Below, piece after piece: positions 12,991 to 24,570 of a stretch of DNA of 64,000 nt. Location of the stretch: contig CM039001.1 in assembly GCA_017499595.2 (NCBI GenBank), positions 1,302,001 to 1,366,000 of the forward strand. Direction: 5' to 3'. Source of the DNA: Psilocybe cubensis. Its lineage: Eukaryota. Each line of letters starts with the position of its first letter. The stretch's first letter is position 1. The translations under genes and the position numbers were made by a program. The notes below the pieces were generated by a model. It did no database searches, was not told the DNA's origin, and worked only from the letters and a program-made list of their open reading frames with translations.

Positions 12991-13201
12991 TATTCAACAC
13001 TATCTTCCAAGAAAACAATTACAATTCCAAGAAAACATACACTATAAATATACAGAATCACTAAAAGGATGTCAAGATGTACAAGGTACGTTCTGTCTGC
13101 ATCAGCTGGATGCGAGCGCAATAAAAAGCTCAAGAGAATTGAAAAAAACAGTCTGAATGTCCAAGATCACGTGTCAAAAACAAATGCCAGCGCATCACGC
13201 C

Positions 13202-16053
13202 TCAAGCCTTCGCTTTCTTTGTTCTTTTTTCCTTCCCAGTTTCCTCCGCCGCCTTCCTCTTGTTGTTCAGTTTCGCCTTTTGGAAGGTGTTGAAGGTGTT
13301 GAGTAGGTCACTTACTGCTAATTCCCAGAGACCATCCGAGGCTTGAGCCGAGTACCACCACTTTAACCCAACCATCACTGTCAACAGCCCATTGGGTCCA
13401 CCTTTCCGTAACGAAGCCATTGAATCTTTTGCCTTCGCAGTCTCGAACGACAACGGAAGGGAATTCGGGGTTTTGGTTTGACGCCACGCCGGCTGTATGG
13501 AGTTCCACCAGGTCATCCATGACTTCTGAAATTCGTCTTGACGGATAGCTGGGATAGCGGTGTATTTGCGGGATGAGGAAAGCCATTTCCCGAGGGCTGT
13601 TGGTCTGCCTTTCGCGGGGAGCCTCAACTGCAACGGTAATCAGTATCTTTATCTGCTTTTGTGCATGATCCGGGACTCACAGAACTCGTATCCATCTCAG
13701 CAATTTCCATTCTCTCGAAACTCTCCCATGCGCGCACACATTCCTGCCATTTTTCTACCTCGATATCTTTGAATAGATATTCACTCGCTGCCAACAGCCA
13801 TGCTGTGGTCTGTGGAGCATCCTTCGAAGCTGCTGCCTTTCTGTTACGACTACGCGTTGCACTGGCGTCCAAGTTCTCGCTTTTGTCTGGAGCCGCAGTC
13901 AAAGGTGCATGCATGCCACTCTCGGGAATAATTGGATCGTTTACTGCATGGTTGGATAGAACTCCAGCTGAGTTTGTGGCGCTGAGCACTGGCGCTGACG
14001 TCTGGGCAGGGACTATGGTGTGAGGTGCTGAGATGGAATGGTTTGGGTCCAATAGCATCGGTGCGTTTGCCTGTCCTGCCATCATATCCTGACTTTGTAA
14101 CATTTGGCCATGTAAACCAGGAAGCGTCACTGTGTTGTTTGTGTTGAGGGCAAGTGCGGTTCCCATCATGTTTGGATCCGCTGCGTACTGTTGCAGGGCC
14201 AGGTCAATTCTATCCCATTCCTCTTCTGAAAAGTTCAAGGTAAGTCCATCGCCCCTATTCGCATCACCCGCTTGTAGCCGCATCATATCCTGGCCTACAG
14301 CAGCTGTCAACTGGTCTATGTCTTGGCCACCAACTCCATCCGTCATAGAAATGGCAGCACCATAAGGCAAGAACGCAGCAACTGGATTTGGGGCCACCTT
14401 GGCCTGTTGAGGTAGAGGATTGGCAGGCGGAAGGAAGTTTTGTGCCTCAATGGTAGCGTGGGTAGCACCATTTGTAGCTGGGTAACAAGGTGGGCTTGGA
14501 CTTGCCACACTTTGAGTCGGTTGCACCTGAGCTGGTTGGACTGTGCTTTGTGTCATGACAGGAGCCTGAGCAAAGCCGATGGCCACCGCCGGCGCCGCTG
14601 TCATAGAGGCCATTGCAGTCTGTTGTGCGGCCTCAGGGGGAGTATGAGCTGCAGTTATGGTGTTTGGAATAGGGCCAGAAAGCTGAGCGGCACTTCCCAT
14701 GTGAGCATTGGTTGATGAGATGGGTACTGATGCAGCTGTATAAGTTGGATGGAAGGGCACCTGATTGATAGCAATTGGAAGGCCAGAAAGCTGAGCGACA
14801 CTGCCCATGTGAGCATGGGTTGATGAGGTGGGGACCAACGCAGCTGGGTCGGGCACCTGATTGACAGCGATTGGAAGTGCATTGCTCTGAATCTCTGGTT
14901 GTGTAGTCACAGGGGGAGTTGTTTCCGACAAGACATTTTCTTGCCCTGCGTCGCCGGTTTCAACTTTGCTGGTACTGGCAACTTGGTTCTCTTCTGGCTT
15001 TGCCTTTGAGCTATTGAGAGTTTGTCGGTCGCGATCCTCTTGCGCTAAAGAAAATGGTTGATTAGGTCACTATGTGTTAGAAATACAGATAAATTGCTCA
15101 CAGAAAACATTGTATAAAAAAAGTCTGAACGGCGATAGCACATGTTGGTAAAAATGTTCATTCGCAATAGAAAACAGTTGTTCATATTTGTCTCGACCGT
15201 TGTGGACAGCGACAGTACGAATTTTGCCTTGATCAGCAGGCTCAGGTCCTCCAGCAATTACTGTGAAAACCCATCCGGTACGACTGCTCATTTCATCTAT
15301 AAACGCTTGGATAGTTTCCGGCAATGTCAAGAGATTACTAACTTTGTATCAGTAAGACTTTAGCACAAAGAATAGATCACTTACATTGCGCATTCTTCTG
15401 GAGACATGACTTCCGGCATGTCAGGAATTTGTCCCTTCAGCTCCTTGAGCTTTGCCAACTCGGCACGAATTTCCGCCTTTACCTCATCAGACTCGTCATT
15501 CCAGGCCTCCCCGGTGCACTTGTTGATGATTGCAATTCGGTGACCTTCAGGATTGGTGCGGAGAGCCTCTATTACTCGTGGCCTAATGCGTTCATCATAA
15601 TATTTCTTGGAATACAAATTTGTTTCCGAGAGAAGTCGGGGAGCGTTGTTGCCACCAATAACAATGGTCGGACCTCGCCGATGTTGGGTGCCGGCCCCAC
15701 GATTATTAAACCAATTAACAATTTGCTGTTACAAATATGACCTCGTCAAAGAAACTCATACACTAAGTATGAATTGTGCTTACGTTTTTCCGCAACTTAA
15801 CCCATTCTGCATGAGAAAGTTCGGTTTTCGTTTGAGGCAAAACAACAGGTGCATTTTTCTTTTTCTTCTTCTTTTTTGGAACAGTCATTGGTCTAACTTC
15901 AGCCTCAGGCGTAGGCCACAAGACAAAAAATTCTTGGTATATTTTTGTCCAAAAATTGGGGGTGGTTTTTGTACGCTGGGACGCCTGGAACTCAGGAACC
16001 TTGGCGGATAGAAACTCAATTTGTTCGGGAGTCCCCCACGGTAGCGGCGGCAT
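13202..16053 (-). CDS. KDZ cargo gene A: large protein with helical N-domain, HMG-box-like segment, low-complexity linker and Trp-rich C-terminal domain (multi-exon)
   Basis: Spliceable exons: MPPLPWGTPEQIEFL...FFVLWP, poly-Lys NLS-like run, YSKKYYDERIRPRV...EAWNDESDEVKAEI (HMG-like), RTGWVFTVIAGGPEP, and WMTWWNSIQPAWR...LRKGGPNGLLTVMVGLKWW. HMG-type genes are known companions of fungal KDZ elements. Confidence 0.75.
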
Positions 16054-16355
16054 TTTGATCTAAGTATAGCAGTTGTTCTAAGAATAAATGAATGTCAAAT
16101 TGTTTGTTTTTTAAGCGCACGCAAACTCACCTCAAATAACAGAGTTAGACTTAAGGTCCAGAAAATGCAGTAAGACCTTCTAGCTACTTCTTCGATTTGA
16201 CGGCAATAGCTTGCTTACATTATTGAGAGATTCACCGCAATTTACCGTGTAACTGTACAGTTGCTGATGCTTCTTTGGACTCTGCATATAAAGATGCTCC
16301 TATCTGCCGCAATCTTATCCTTAACTCCCTACTCGCAAAAAAAACCTCTCACAAA

Positions 16356-17425
16356 ATGGCTCAACAAAGTACACCTCCCCCAACTCTCCCTAATTCTACC
16401 GTCCCTCCCTCTACCGCCCCTGCAAGCCGTATAATGTCTACCCGTGTTGGCGACGTTATCAATCTCCTTCTTGCACTAAACAATGCTGGTACGTGCCCAT
16501 TTTTGAGTTTCATGTTAATTTCAACTTGTTTACATTTAATCAGGATTAGAAGTTGTTCGTACACCCGATGGCGTTGATCATGCTTCAGGGTTGGAAAACC
16601 TTGCCATGGGGGAGCTTATCTTGATTCTCCAAATCATGGGCATTCATGTCAAGGGTAATCGCGCTACTGCTGCACCCCCTCCTCCTTCTGATAGTAAGTC
16701 ATCTTCGACTCCCTTTAACCTAATGTTTTATTTAATTGGACTGTAGGCCGTGATCCCTTGGTCCAAGAGATTGAACAGATGGTTATTTCATCTGCTCGTC
16801 GTCAGGCTATTAATCTTTTCTTTAGGCTTACCAATGGGCCGTTGAGTAAGTGAACACTGTTCATACTATCATGCTCAGCACAATCTAATTAATTTTAGCC
16901 GTCCCACCTGTCATTCTTGAAGAGTTATCATCAACTGTGGCTCCCCCTCCTTCGTCTGTTGAACCACAGGCCACCGTCACTGATCCTGCCCTACTTCCTC
17001 CAAAGTCCCAGTCTGCCTCCGACACTGTCATGCCCAAAGGCTTTGTGTGCATGTCCTGCAACACGTATAACCCTATTCGCCCATCTGAAAAGCCAGTCTA
17101 CGTTGTGTTTTGTGGTACAGATGTGGGGGTCTTTGACCATTGGTATGTTCCACATTCTTTTGAGATTGCATTTTGCTCAATTTAACACATATTTAACAGG
17201 AAAGATGCTCAGAGCCTTGTTTCTGGCATATCTCATGCTTGCCATTGTCGTTATAATAGTCGCGAGGAGGGTGAGAGGGCGTTCCAAGCTGCTTTGACTG
17301 CCGGAAAGGTTCGCATACTTGGTAATCCTATTGCTGCGCCTGGAGCTATTGTCTCTTCCTTGTCCCCAAATGCCCCCAATGGCACCTCTGGCTCCTCCAG
17401 CGAGGCCTCTAGTAGCTCGGATTAA
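16356..17425 (+). CDS. KDZ cargo gene B: protein with RNase H1 N-terminal (hybrid-binding/caulimovirus viroplasmin-like) domain preceded by a CxxC motif
   Basis: Spliced C-terminus reads FVCMSCNTYN...PVYVVFCGTDVGVFDHW|KDAQSLVSGISHACHCRYNSREEGERAFQAAL, which fits the YxVxxGxxxGVFxxW...V.G......F.S..EA..AF pattern. TAA at 17423-17425. Confidence 0.8.
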
Positions 17426-17775
17426 TGAGTAGACTTACTCCACCCTCGGGGTTTTTCCTTTTCCGTTCAATATCGTGTAGACAGCACCATTTGTCACCGC
17501 GTATGAAAAGTTTCCCCGCACTTTTAGTAGCACCACTTGTATCTCTTGTACATCTCATTTTGATTTCTTGTCTGTGTTTCCGAATATATCTTGAACTTGT
17601 GCTGCTCTCCATATCCGTGTGAATGAAATCTTCAATAATCAAATAAAATATTATTGAATGTCTCTTTTGTAGAGTCATTATATTATGCCATGTACCCCCA
17701 TGCACCGTAGCTTCAATGTCGAACGATATACAATGATGTTTGTACTATATTAAAAGTCCAATAGAAGTAATAACC

Positions 17776-18469
17776 CTATTGCGAAACCTTTTGAAATTCA
17801 AAGGATTTAGCATTGTAGTTGCGTTCAACGAATTCAAGGTCTTCCATTGCAGTCAATTCAATCTCTTGCAACCAAGATTGTGTCTTCTCTAGCAGTTTTG
17901 CAAGAGCGACTGTCTTATTCCACTCTGGGCCAACTCCTGAACACATATATATATGGTTTTTATATCGGGAAATTGGCCCAAGAAAGTGCTCTATCTTGTC
18001 AACCGATTCCGATAATTCGTGCATGTCTTGATTGCTGATAAACTGGAGGCAGATTGCCTCAGTATGTGCAATAGGATCCGATTTGATAAAGGTGTTGAAG
18101 CGCCGGTAGACTCGAAGAACTTCGTCCAACCAAGTGGCCGCCGGTGGCTTTGACTTGGAGACAGGCTCTTGTTCAACAGCCTGTGCTTTACGTGCCGTTT
18201 CAATTCTAGAAATGAAGATTAATTCAATCTATAGAGATTATGCACATTCATAATCAGCAGGAATACCTTTTTTGTTGGATGCGAGCATATTTTCTTCTGC
18301 GACGTCGGTTTATGCTATCCTTGCATCTAAAAAACATTATAAAACATGTTTGTAACCAGATTTATGGGAGGAAAACAACTGAATGCTACTTCTCATAATA
18401 TTTCTTGCTCTTCTGCCTATTTGCGGCAAGTTTCTCAGCTTCAGAAAAATACTTGCGCTGTCGTCCCAT
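17776..18469 (-). CDS. KDZ cargo gene C: small protein with highly basic N-terminus and helical C-domain
   Basis: Exons MGRQRKYFSEAEKLAANRQKSKKYYEK / CKDSINRRRRRKYARIQQK / ...WLDEVLRVYRRFNTFIK...WLQEIELTAMED, joined by canonical introns. Confidence 0.7.
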
Positions 18470-19049
18470 TGGTAAAGGTGAAAGCCAGGTAGCGATTTAT
18501 TAGAAACTTTGCATTACTTACACGCCATTTCAGGGCTTCGTCTGACTTTTTTAACTACCAGGTAAACCCCCCCTCCAAAGGGTACCAATTGAAACATTGA
18601 ATTAATCTACACTCAACTCTCGTCATCCAGAGCTTTACAACCATCTGTGCCGATGTTCTATGGTTTTTGAACTCTGCAAGATAAGTTTTCAGGCTATGTC
18701 TAGACTGGGATTGAAAATGTAAAATAATAATAGAAGACCTTACCGTCATCCATTTGTTCGTTGGCTATCAATGGCTGGCAGCACCCTAATGTCAACCTTC
18801 AGCTTCATTATCCATTTACTAGTCCTTTATTGATTGGGACTTACTTTACCGTCATCCATTCATTCAATTGTTATCCATGAGTTGTTTGCAACACTCTTGT
18901 CCTCGTTGTCCATTTCCTTGCCTGTTATTGATCAATTATTTTTGCTGACTCGCTGCTTATAAGTTGGGATGAACGCCACAAAACTCATCTGCATCACCTT
19001 TGACCTGCCCATAGACACCACTATCGCGTTTATCAGCAACTCACAACCA

Positions 19050-19578
19050 ATGGCCAAGGTTAAGCAAAGACGCCGTCGTACAGATAATTTCAAAGGTCCA
19101 TCGGTGAGTAGACTTGAGCCTGATTGTTATAAAATGTGATCATTTTTACTAAATTGTCGTTCAAATTTGTAGGCAGTCACAATAGAGCCCGGCATTAGAC
19201 CAGTTACATTGGATACGAAGTCCAAACAAGACAAATTTCTCGCCGATGCTGGCCCATATTATCGCCAGGCCAAGTCTAAGGGAGAAAAGGAAGAGTTTCT
19301 TCACGAAATCAGCCAACTTTGGTTTAGAATTTGGCCGGAGGATCCGTTGAATACGGCAGACATTGATTTTGCACGTCACAGACAAAAGAATATTATGAAG
19401 GTGAAAGTTGTGTTTATATTTTTGTATGCCGCTAACTAACGTCTATATGTTACAGAAAATCAGAACAAGGCTGTTACTCCTCGGTGCCTTTGGGATTGTG
19501 GAAGGAGATACGTTGTGGAGGGACTTTATTGCTGCCAAAATGCACGAGCTCCATCCTGACAAGCTACCCTCTGTCTGA
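19050..19578 (+). CDS. KDZ cargo gene D: small basic protein resembling the N-terminal domain of cargo gene A
   Basis: Three exons: MAKVKQRRRRTDNFKGPS / ...KQDKFLADAGPYYRQAKSKGEKEEFLHEISQLWFRIWPED... / KIRTRLLLLGAFG...LPSV-TGA. Confidence 0.65.
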
Positions 19579-19653
19579 TCTAGCCACTGTTTTGTTCGGC
19601 TTAATGTACCTACTACATAGTGGTCCAGATTTTAAATTTGCACAAATTATACT

Positions 19654-22600
19654 CTAGTGACACTCAACCATTTTGTATGCATTACGGCCTTCTGACATGG
19701 TCGTCAACTTCTCTGTTACACCATCCCATTGTTTCGCACAACGGTCACCTATATCACGTCGTATATCTGCCTGTTTCTTTGCATAAGCAATCTTACCAGA
19801 ATTGATAGCTTGTGCATCTCGGTTAGGTACATCCGTCGAGTCGATGATATCCTGTGCACGAGAATCCCACTGAGCGGCTTGCCAAGCAAAAAAAGCAATA
19901 ACACGGCGCATCTCCTCTGCTAATAATACACACTCCTCTTGCCAGCGATGTGCGCGTGCACGGGCTTTGCACCATTCGATACGAAGAGCTGGACACTAGC
20001 ATTTGTTTGCATTCAATTAGGTAAGGTAAAGACAACACACCTGCCTGTGTACACTTTTCGGCGTCTTCGCCCATACCGTGTACCTTCCATATCCAGGACA
20101 GTTTCTTGCGGCCTTCACTTCCAGAGTCGTCCATAGAGCTCAGTCCTCTAACATCAGTGTCCAGCAGTGGACGAAGGATATCACGCCACGTGTAGTATAC
20201 CGTTGGCGTTGAAAGCAAATCAAGAGCTTGATACGCAACATTGTATCGCGCTGTTGCAAATTTAATCTTTTCTTCAACAGCTGCGAGCAACGTCAAGCTT
20301 CTTGTCTGCATACGCTGTCCTCGTGAGTGTCGCTTTTTTGAGTTTAGCATATGTGAGCGAAGGAGTAAGAAAGCACGGAGGTTGTTGAGGCAATCTTCAG
20401 CCTGGGCATATCGGTACTGCGATTCGCATTTTAGCAATATGTGGGATGAAAATCGGATGGTTTCTGTGTTGTAGGAAGGCAAATATAGCTTGATATCCTG
20501 TACCGCTACTGGTGTCTCAGCCTGCAAGTTTTCGCGCGCACGCAGAGCTGCAACTGCAGGCATATAAAGGTGCTGTATATTTATCCAAGCATCAATGCGT
20601 CGTTTTAATGAGTTTGATCGTTCGAGAATTTTAGTCTGTTGGATGTTCGTAGAATGGGCTCCAAGTTTGGAGATGTCAAGCGCAAGTCGTGCTCTAGTCT
20701 TGTTTGTAACCATGTAAAAAATAGCCTATAAACGACGTACTGTGATTCCTCAAGCTGTAAGCCCTGTGATATCAAGACACTCGGAGTTACTTCCTCATGT
20801 AAAGTAGTCATCTCTCCGCGTTTTAATGCATCTGAGTCCTCACGAGCTAATTGAAGACGAACATCGGATTCCTTGACAGAACCTAGCAATGCACCATAAA
20901 CAATAGAACAAGAATCAGAAAAATACACGTACTATTCTTCGGAATCACATAGGGATTCGGTTGACTGGAGTCCTTTTCCCATGTCAAACACATCTGGGTC
21001 CATTCCGACGTCGATTCTTCTGGCAATGCAGCGTCAAACTCAATGAACGCCTCGACCTGTTCTTGTCGCTCTTGAATAGCTTCCTTCGCTTTCCGTAAAA
21101 ATGTTACAACTAAAGTGCTTGTCAATATATGTGCATAGATTGCAGAATATTACGACGTACCAATCGTGATAATTTTTCGCCAGTTATAATCTCCAAAATG
21201 GTCATCCAATGTGTCGTTCCGAGACCCTGGCCCCATTTCCTTTGTGCTGCTGGCTATACCGTTTGCCGTTGCCCATCCTCTCTCTGGTGCCTCCCCATCT
21301 GTGCGCCCAACTCCCGGAGTATAGTTGAAAGAGAAAGACGTTTGGCATTTCTGAATATGAGCAGCAAGGTGGAATTTTGGTACGAGGTAGACAATGGAGA
21401 GATTTGATGGATCGGAGAGCACATTCTTAGGATATAATTGGCACCTTTTCATGAGATTGATCCACCATTGGCAGGCAATGTCGTAGGAGACAACAAGACG
21501 GAGTAAAAGTGTGGCTGCGATTGTTGATAAGAAGAAATAATCCATATTAACGTATCTACGGCATCATGTGAGTCATGTTGACATGCAAGCATGTGACTGA
21601 AGACCTTACCTTTCACCCTTTTGTAAGTCTCCTACTGCCACGGGTCGCTTCATGTCGTGTCGACTACATTCGGCTGTACCAAGTCCACTTGCTGCTGTCC
21701 CATGTCCACCTCGTGAGTTAGCCGATTTGATAGCATCGTGGTTATTGCATGAGCTCTTTTCATCTGCAACTTGACCATCGTAGTTTGCCAAGTAGTTTTT
21801 GAATTTGCAACTCTCAACCATATAGGCATATCCATGATTAAGCCCAGGGTCTCGCTCATCTGTAGATACGTTCATTCGCTTCAAACGAAAGTTGGCATCA
21901 ATAGCTATAAAAAGAGAATAAAGCCATCTATTTTTGGACGTGACAATCAGACCCAATTGCCAGTGGACAACACCAACGAGTAAAAATTGGTACGTACTGT
22001 TCTGATTCTGGCCTCTCCTTCCAATTGTCGGGTAGATTGATGCCCGGGTGGGGACATGCAGGACATAGAACAGCACATTCACCCTCTTTAGTCCCATTAA
22101 CACCGGTCTCAGAGTGACCTCGACCCATCCGTTTGAGGAGACGTACATGACGCCACTCACGTATGATCCTCAAGAAGACAGGATATCTGTCCTACATATT
22201 GAATATTAAAGATAGCAGGATAATAGAAGAAATGGAAGAGCTCACTGGTGGTGCCTTTGTGCCGGTGTTGTCTGTCAACCGTGATAATGTAGAGTAATAC
22301 TCGTATCCCGAGACCTTCGAGTTAAATGAAAGGAGCTGAAAGTGTTCCAGCACATCAAATGTAGCCGCTGTTTTGGGATCGCCTACTGTAGAAGGAAATA
22401 AGCGGGCGCGAAGAAGTTGGATGGGCTTGGATGGTGCAGAAGGGCACCCGCAGTAGTCTAAGGCAATTTCATGGATTCCTGTACGCGCAATGACCACAAA
22501 TTCGTCGTTGAAAGCTACCATTGGTATAGGACAGTCATCATGTCCCAGCTGCACTCGCATTCCAAGTTTCTTGAGGCTGGTCCTGCGAAAGTAATGTCCA

Positions 22601-23354
22601 GTCCAGACCTGCAAATTTGTCAATAATTCAGTATCATCATAGCCAACCCCACTCGCCTCGATTCTATGAAATGGGTTGACCGAATGAGACCGGAGAACAC
22701 AAGCGAGACACAACAGAGATCCGCTCCAACAGTCTTTGCAGCGAAACGCGCCTGCTTCGAGGTCCGAAATACACCCAATTTCAGAGCATTTCTGGAGATT
22801 TGCCTGCCCACCAATACCCTCCAGCCGGAGAAACTCTTCAACGTAGGTGTCAATATGCGGAGTCCAGAAGTGGATGGGATGTGTCTAATCGAATATGTGA
22901 GTGGTAGGTGCTGAAACACACATCTATTAGAGCAGGAAACTGTACGTACCGATTGTGTTTTTCGTTTTTTCTGTGGAACCTCTTCTTCAGGATCAGCTTG
23001 AACCTTATCTCCAGTCTTCAAGTTTGGCTTGAGATAATTCTTTAGCCCCAATGCCTCCAATTCGCATTCTGCCATTTCTTCCAACTCAAGATCACCATCA
23101 AAAATCCTATACGGAGATTCTTCGCTCAGCACCCAATCAAGTCGAGGAGTAGGCGATTCCACAGAGCCTAGAGGAGGGGGTGTGGGAAGCATAGGCTGAA
23201 TTCCTTGCGGCAGCGGCATCCGTATGGTATGGTGCGTGCGTCCATGGTATTCAGTGTGAATGTCGCCAAACGATGCTGTTTTCGCGTCTCGTTCATCAGG
23301 AGAGATATATTCGTCATAATAAACCTTTTTCTTGCGATTCACTCGGCGTTTCAT
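19654..23354 (-). CDS. KDZ transposase with N-terminal CxC2 cysteine cluster (multi-exon)
   Basis: CxC2 region (CKDC...CLACVLRSHSVNPFHRIE, QLGHDDCP, YCGC, QLLRARLFP), ECAVLCPACPHPGINLP, and KDZ core LFIAIDANFRLKR, ECSRHD...GDLQKGERYVNMDY, VSYDIACQW, VPKFHLAAH, GRTDGEAPERGWA. The predicted catalytic D-D-E residues are present. Confidence 0.95.
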
Positions 23355-23479
23355 GTTGTAAGTTGAAAGAACCTGCGAGCTAAGTGTATACACAAAAGAG
23401 ACAAGGAAGCTTTGAACAGAAACGTCATTTCCAAGGAGACTAGAAGCGGAAACAAGAGGATGTATAACTCATACTGATA

Positions 23480-24570
23480 TGGATTATTAGCTCAGAGTGG
23501 TTGATGGATATTTTACAAGGAAATGGATAGACTTCAAACATTGATGGACAGTAAGGAAAGGTATCAATGACAGTGAATGATGGGAAATGTTACGGGGAAC
23601 CAAATTAATAAGTGCCTGATCTTCACGGGTGACAAGCGGGATGGATTAACGGGAGGCCATGGATGACAAGGGCATTCAATAATCAACGTTGGTATGGATG
23701 GAGACTGCGCACTGCACGGGTGTCAAGAGTGATGGATAAGTAGAGGGGCAATGAATGATTAGGGCAATAAATGAGCGCGATGGATAATGAGAAGAGAAAT
23801 GGATGTTGAGGGTGATGAATAATGAACGCACATATCGATAGGCGCCTGCACTACGCGGGTGTCAAGCCTGATGGATAATCAGAGAAATGGATGTCGAGGG
23901 CGATCAATAATGAATGTGGGAATGGATGAGGGGCAGCCTGTGCAATGGTGGAGGGCGATGGATAATAAGAAAGGCAGTTGATGTCGAGGATGATGAATAA
24001 TGAACATAGATATCGATAGGCGCCTGCACTGTGCGGGTGTCAAGCCTGATGGATAATCAGAAAGGCAATGGATGTCGAGGGATATCAATAATGAACGTAC
24101 ATATTGATAGGCACCTGCACTGCGCGGGTGTCAAGCGTGATGGATAATCAGAAGGGCAATGGATGTTGAGGGAGATCAGGCTGATGGATAATTATATGGG
24201 CAACGGATGACAAGGGCAATGAATAATGAACGTACATATCGATAGGCGCCTGCACTGCGCGGGTGTCAAGTGTGATGGATAATCGGAAGGGAAATGGATG
24301 TCAAGGGAGATCAGGCTGATGGATAATCATATGGGCAACGGATGACAAGGGCAATGGATAATGAACGTACATATCGATAGGCGGGTGCACTGCGCGGATG
24401 TCCAGCGTGATGGATAATCAGAAGGGCAATGGATGTTGAGGCCCATGGATGACATACTAGTTATGGATTACGAAGGGGTATGAATGACAGCGTGGGTATT
24501 GAATAATGGCTCAGCAGTTTGGGGAATACTATGGATAAAGTTCTAATGTATCTATCATAAAGGCGTTGGA
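23480..24570 (-). repeat. Right subterminal tandem array of the KDZ element (about 90-135-bp units, ATGGATAA-rich)
   Basis: Core ATAATGAACGTACATATCGATAGGCGCCTGCACTGCGCGGGTGTCAAGCGTGATGGATAATCAG occurs near 23820, 23998, 24088, 24223 and 24358, plus a degenerate copy near 23700. Its ATGGATAA octamer is the reverse complement of the left-array TTATCCAT. Confidence 0.92.

Noticed and set aside
23800-24450. Repeat array superficially like a CRISPR array
   Set aside because: Eukaryotic context, long degenerate units with repeated rather than unique spacers, and no cas genes. It is explained as the KDZ subterminal array.
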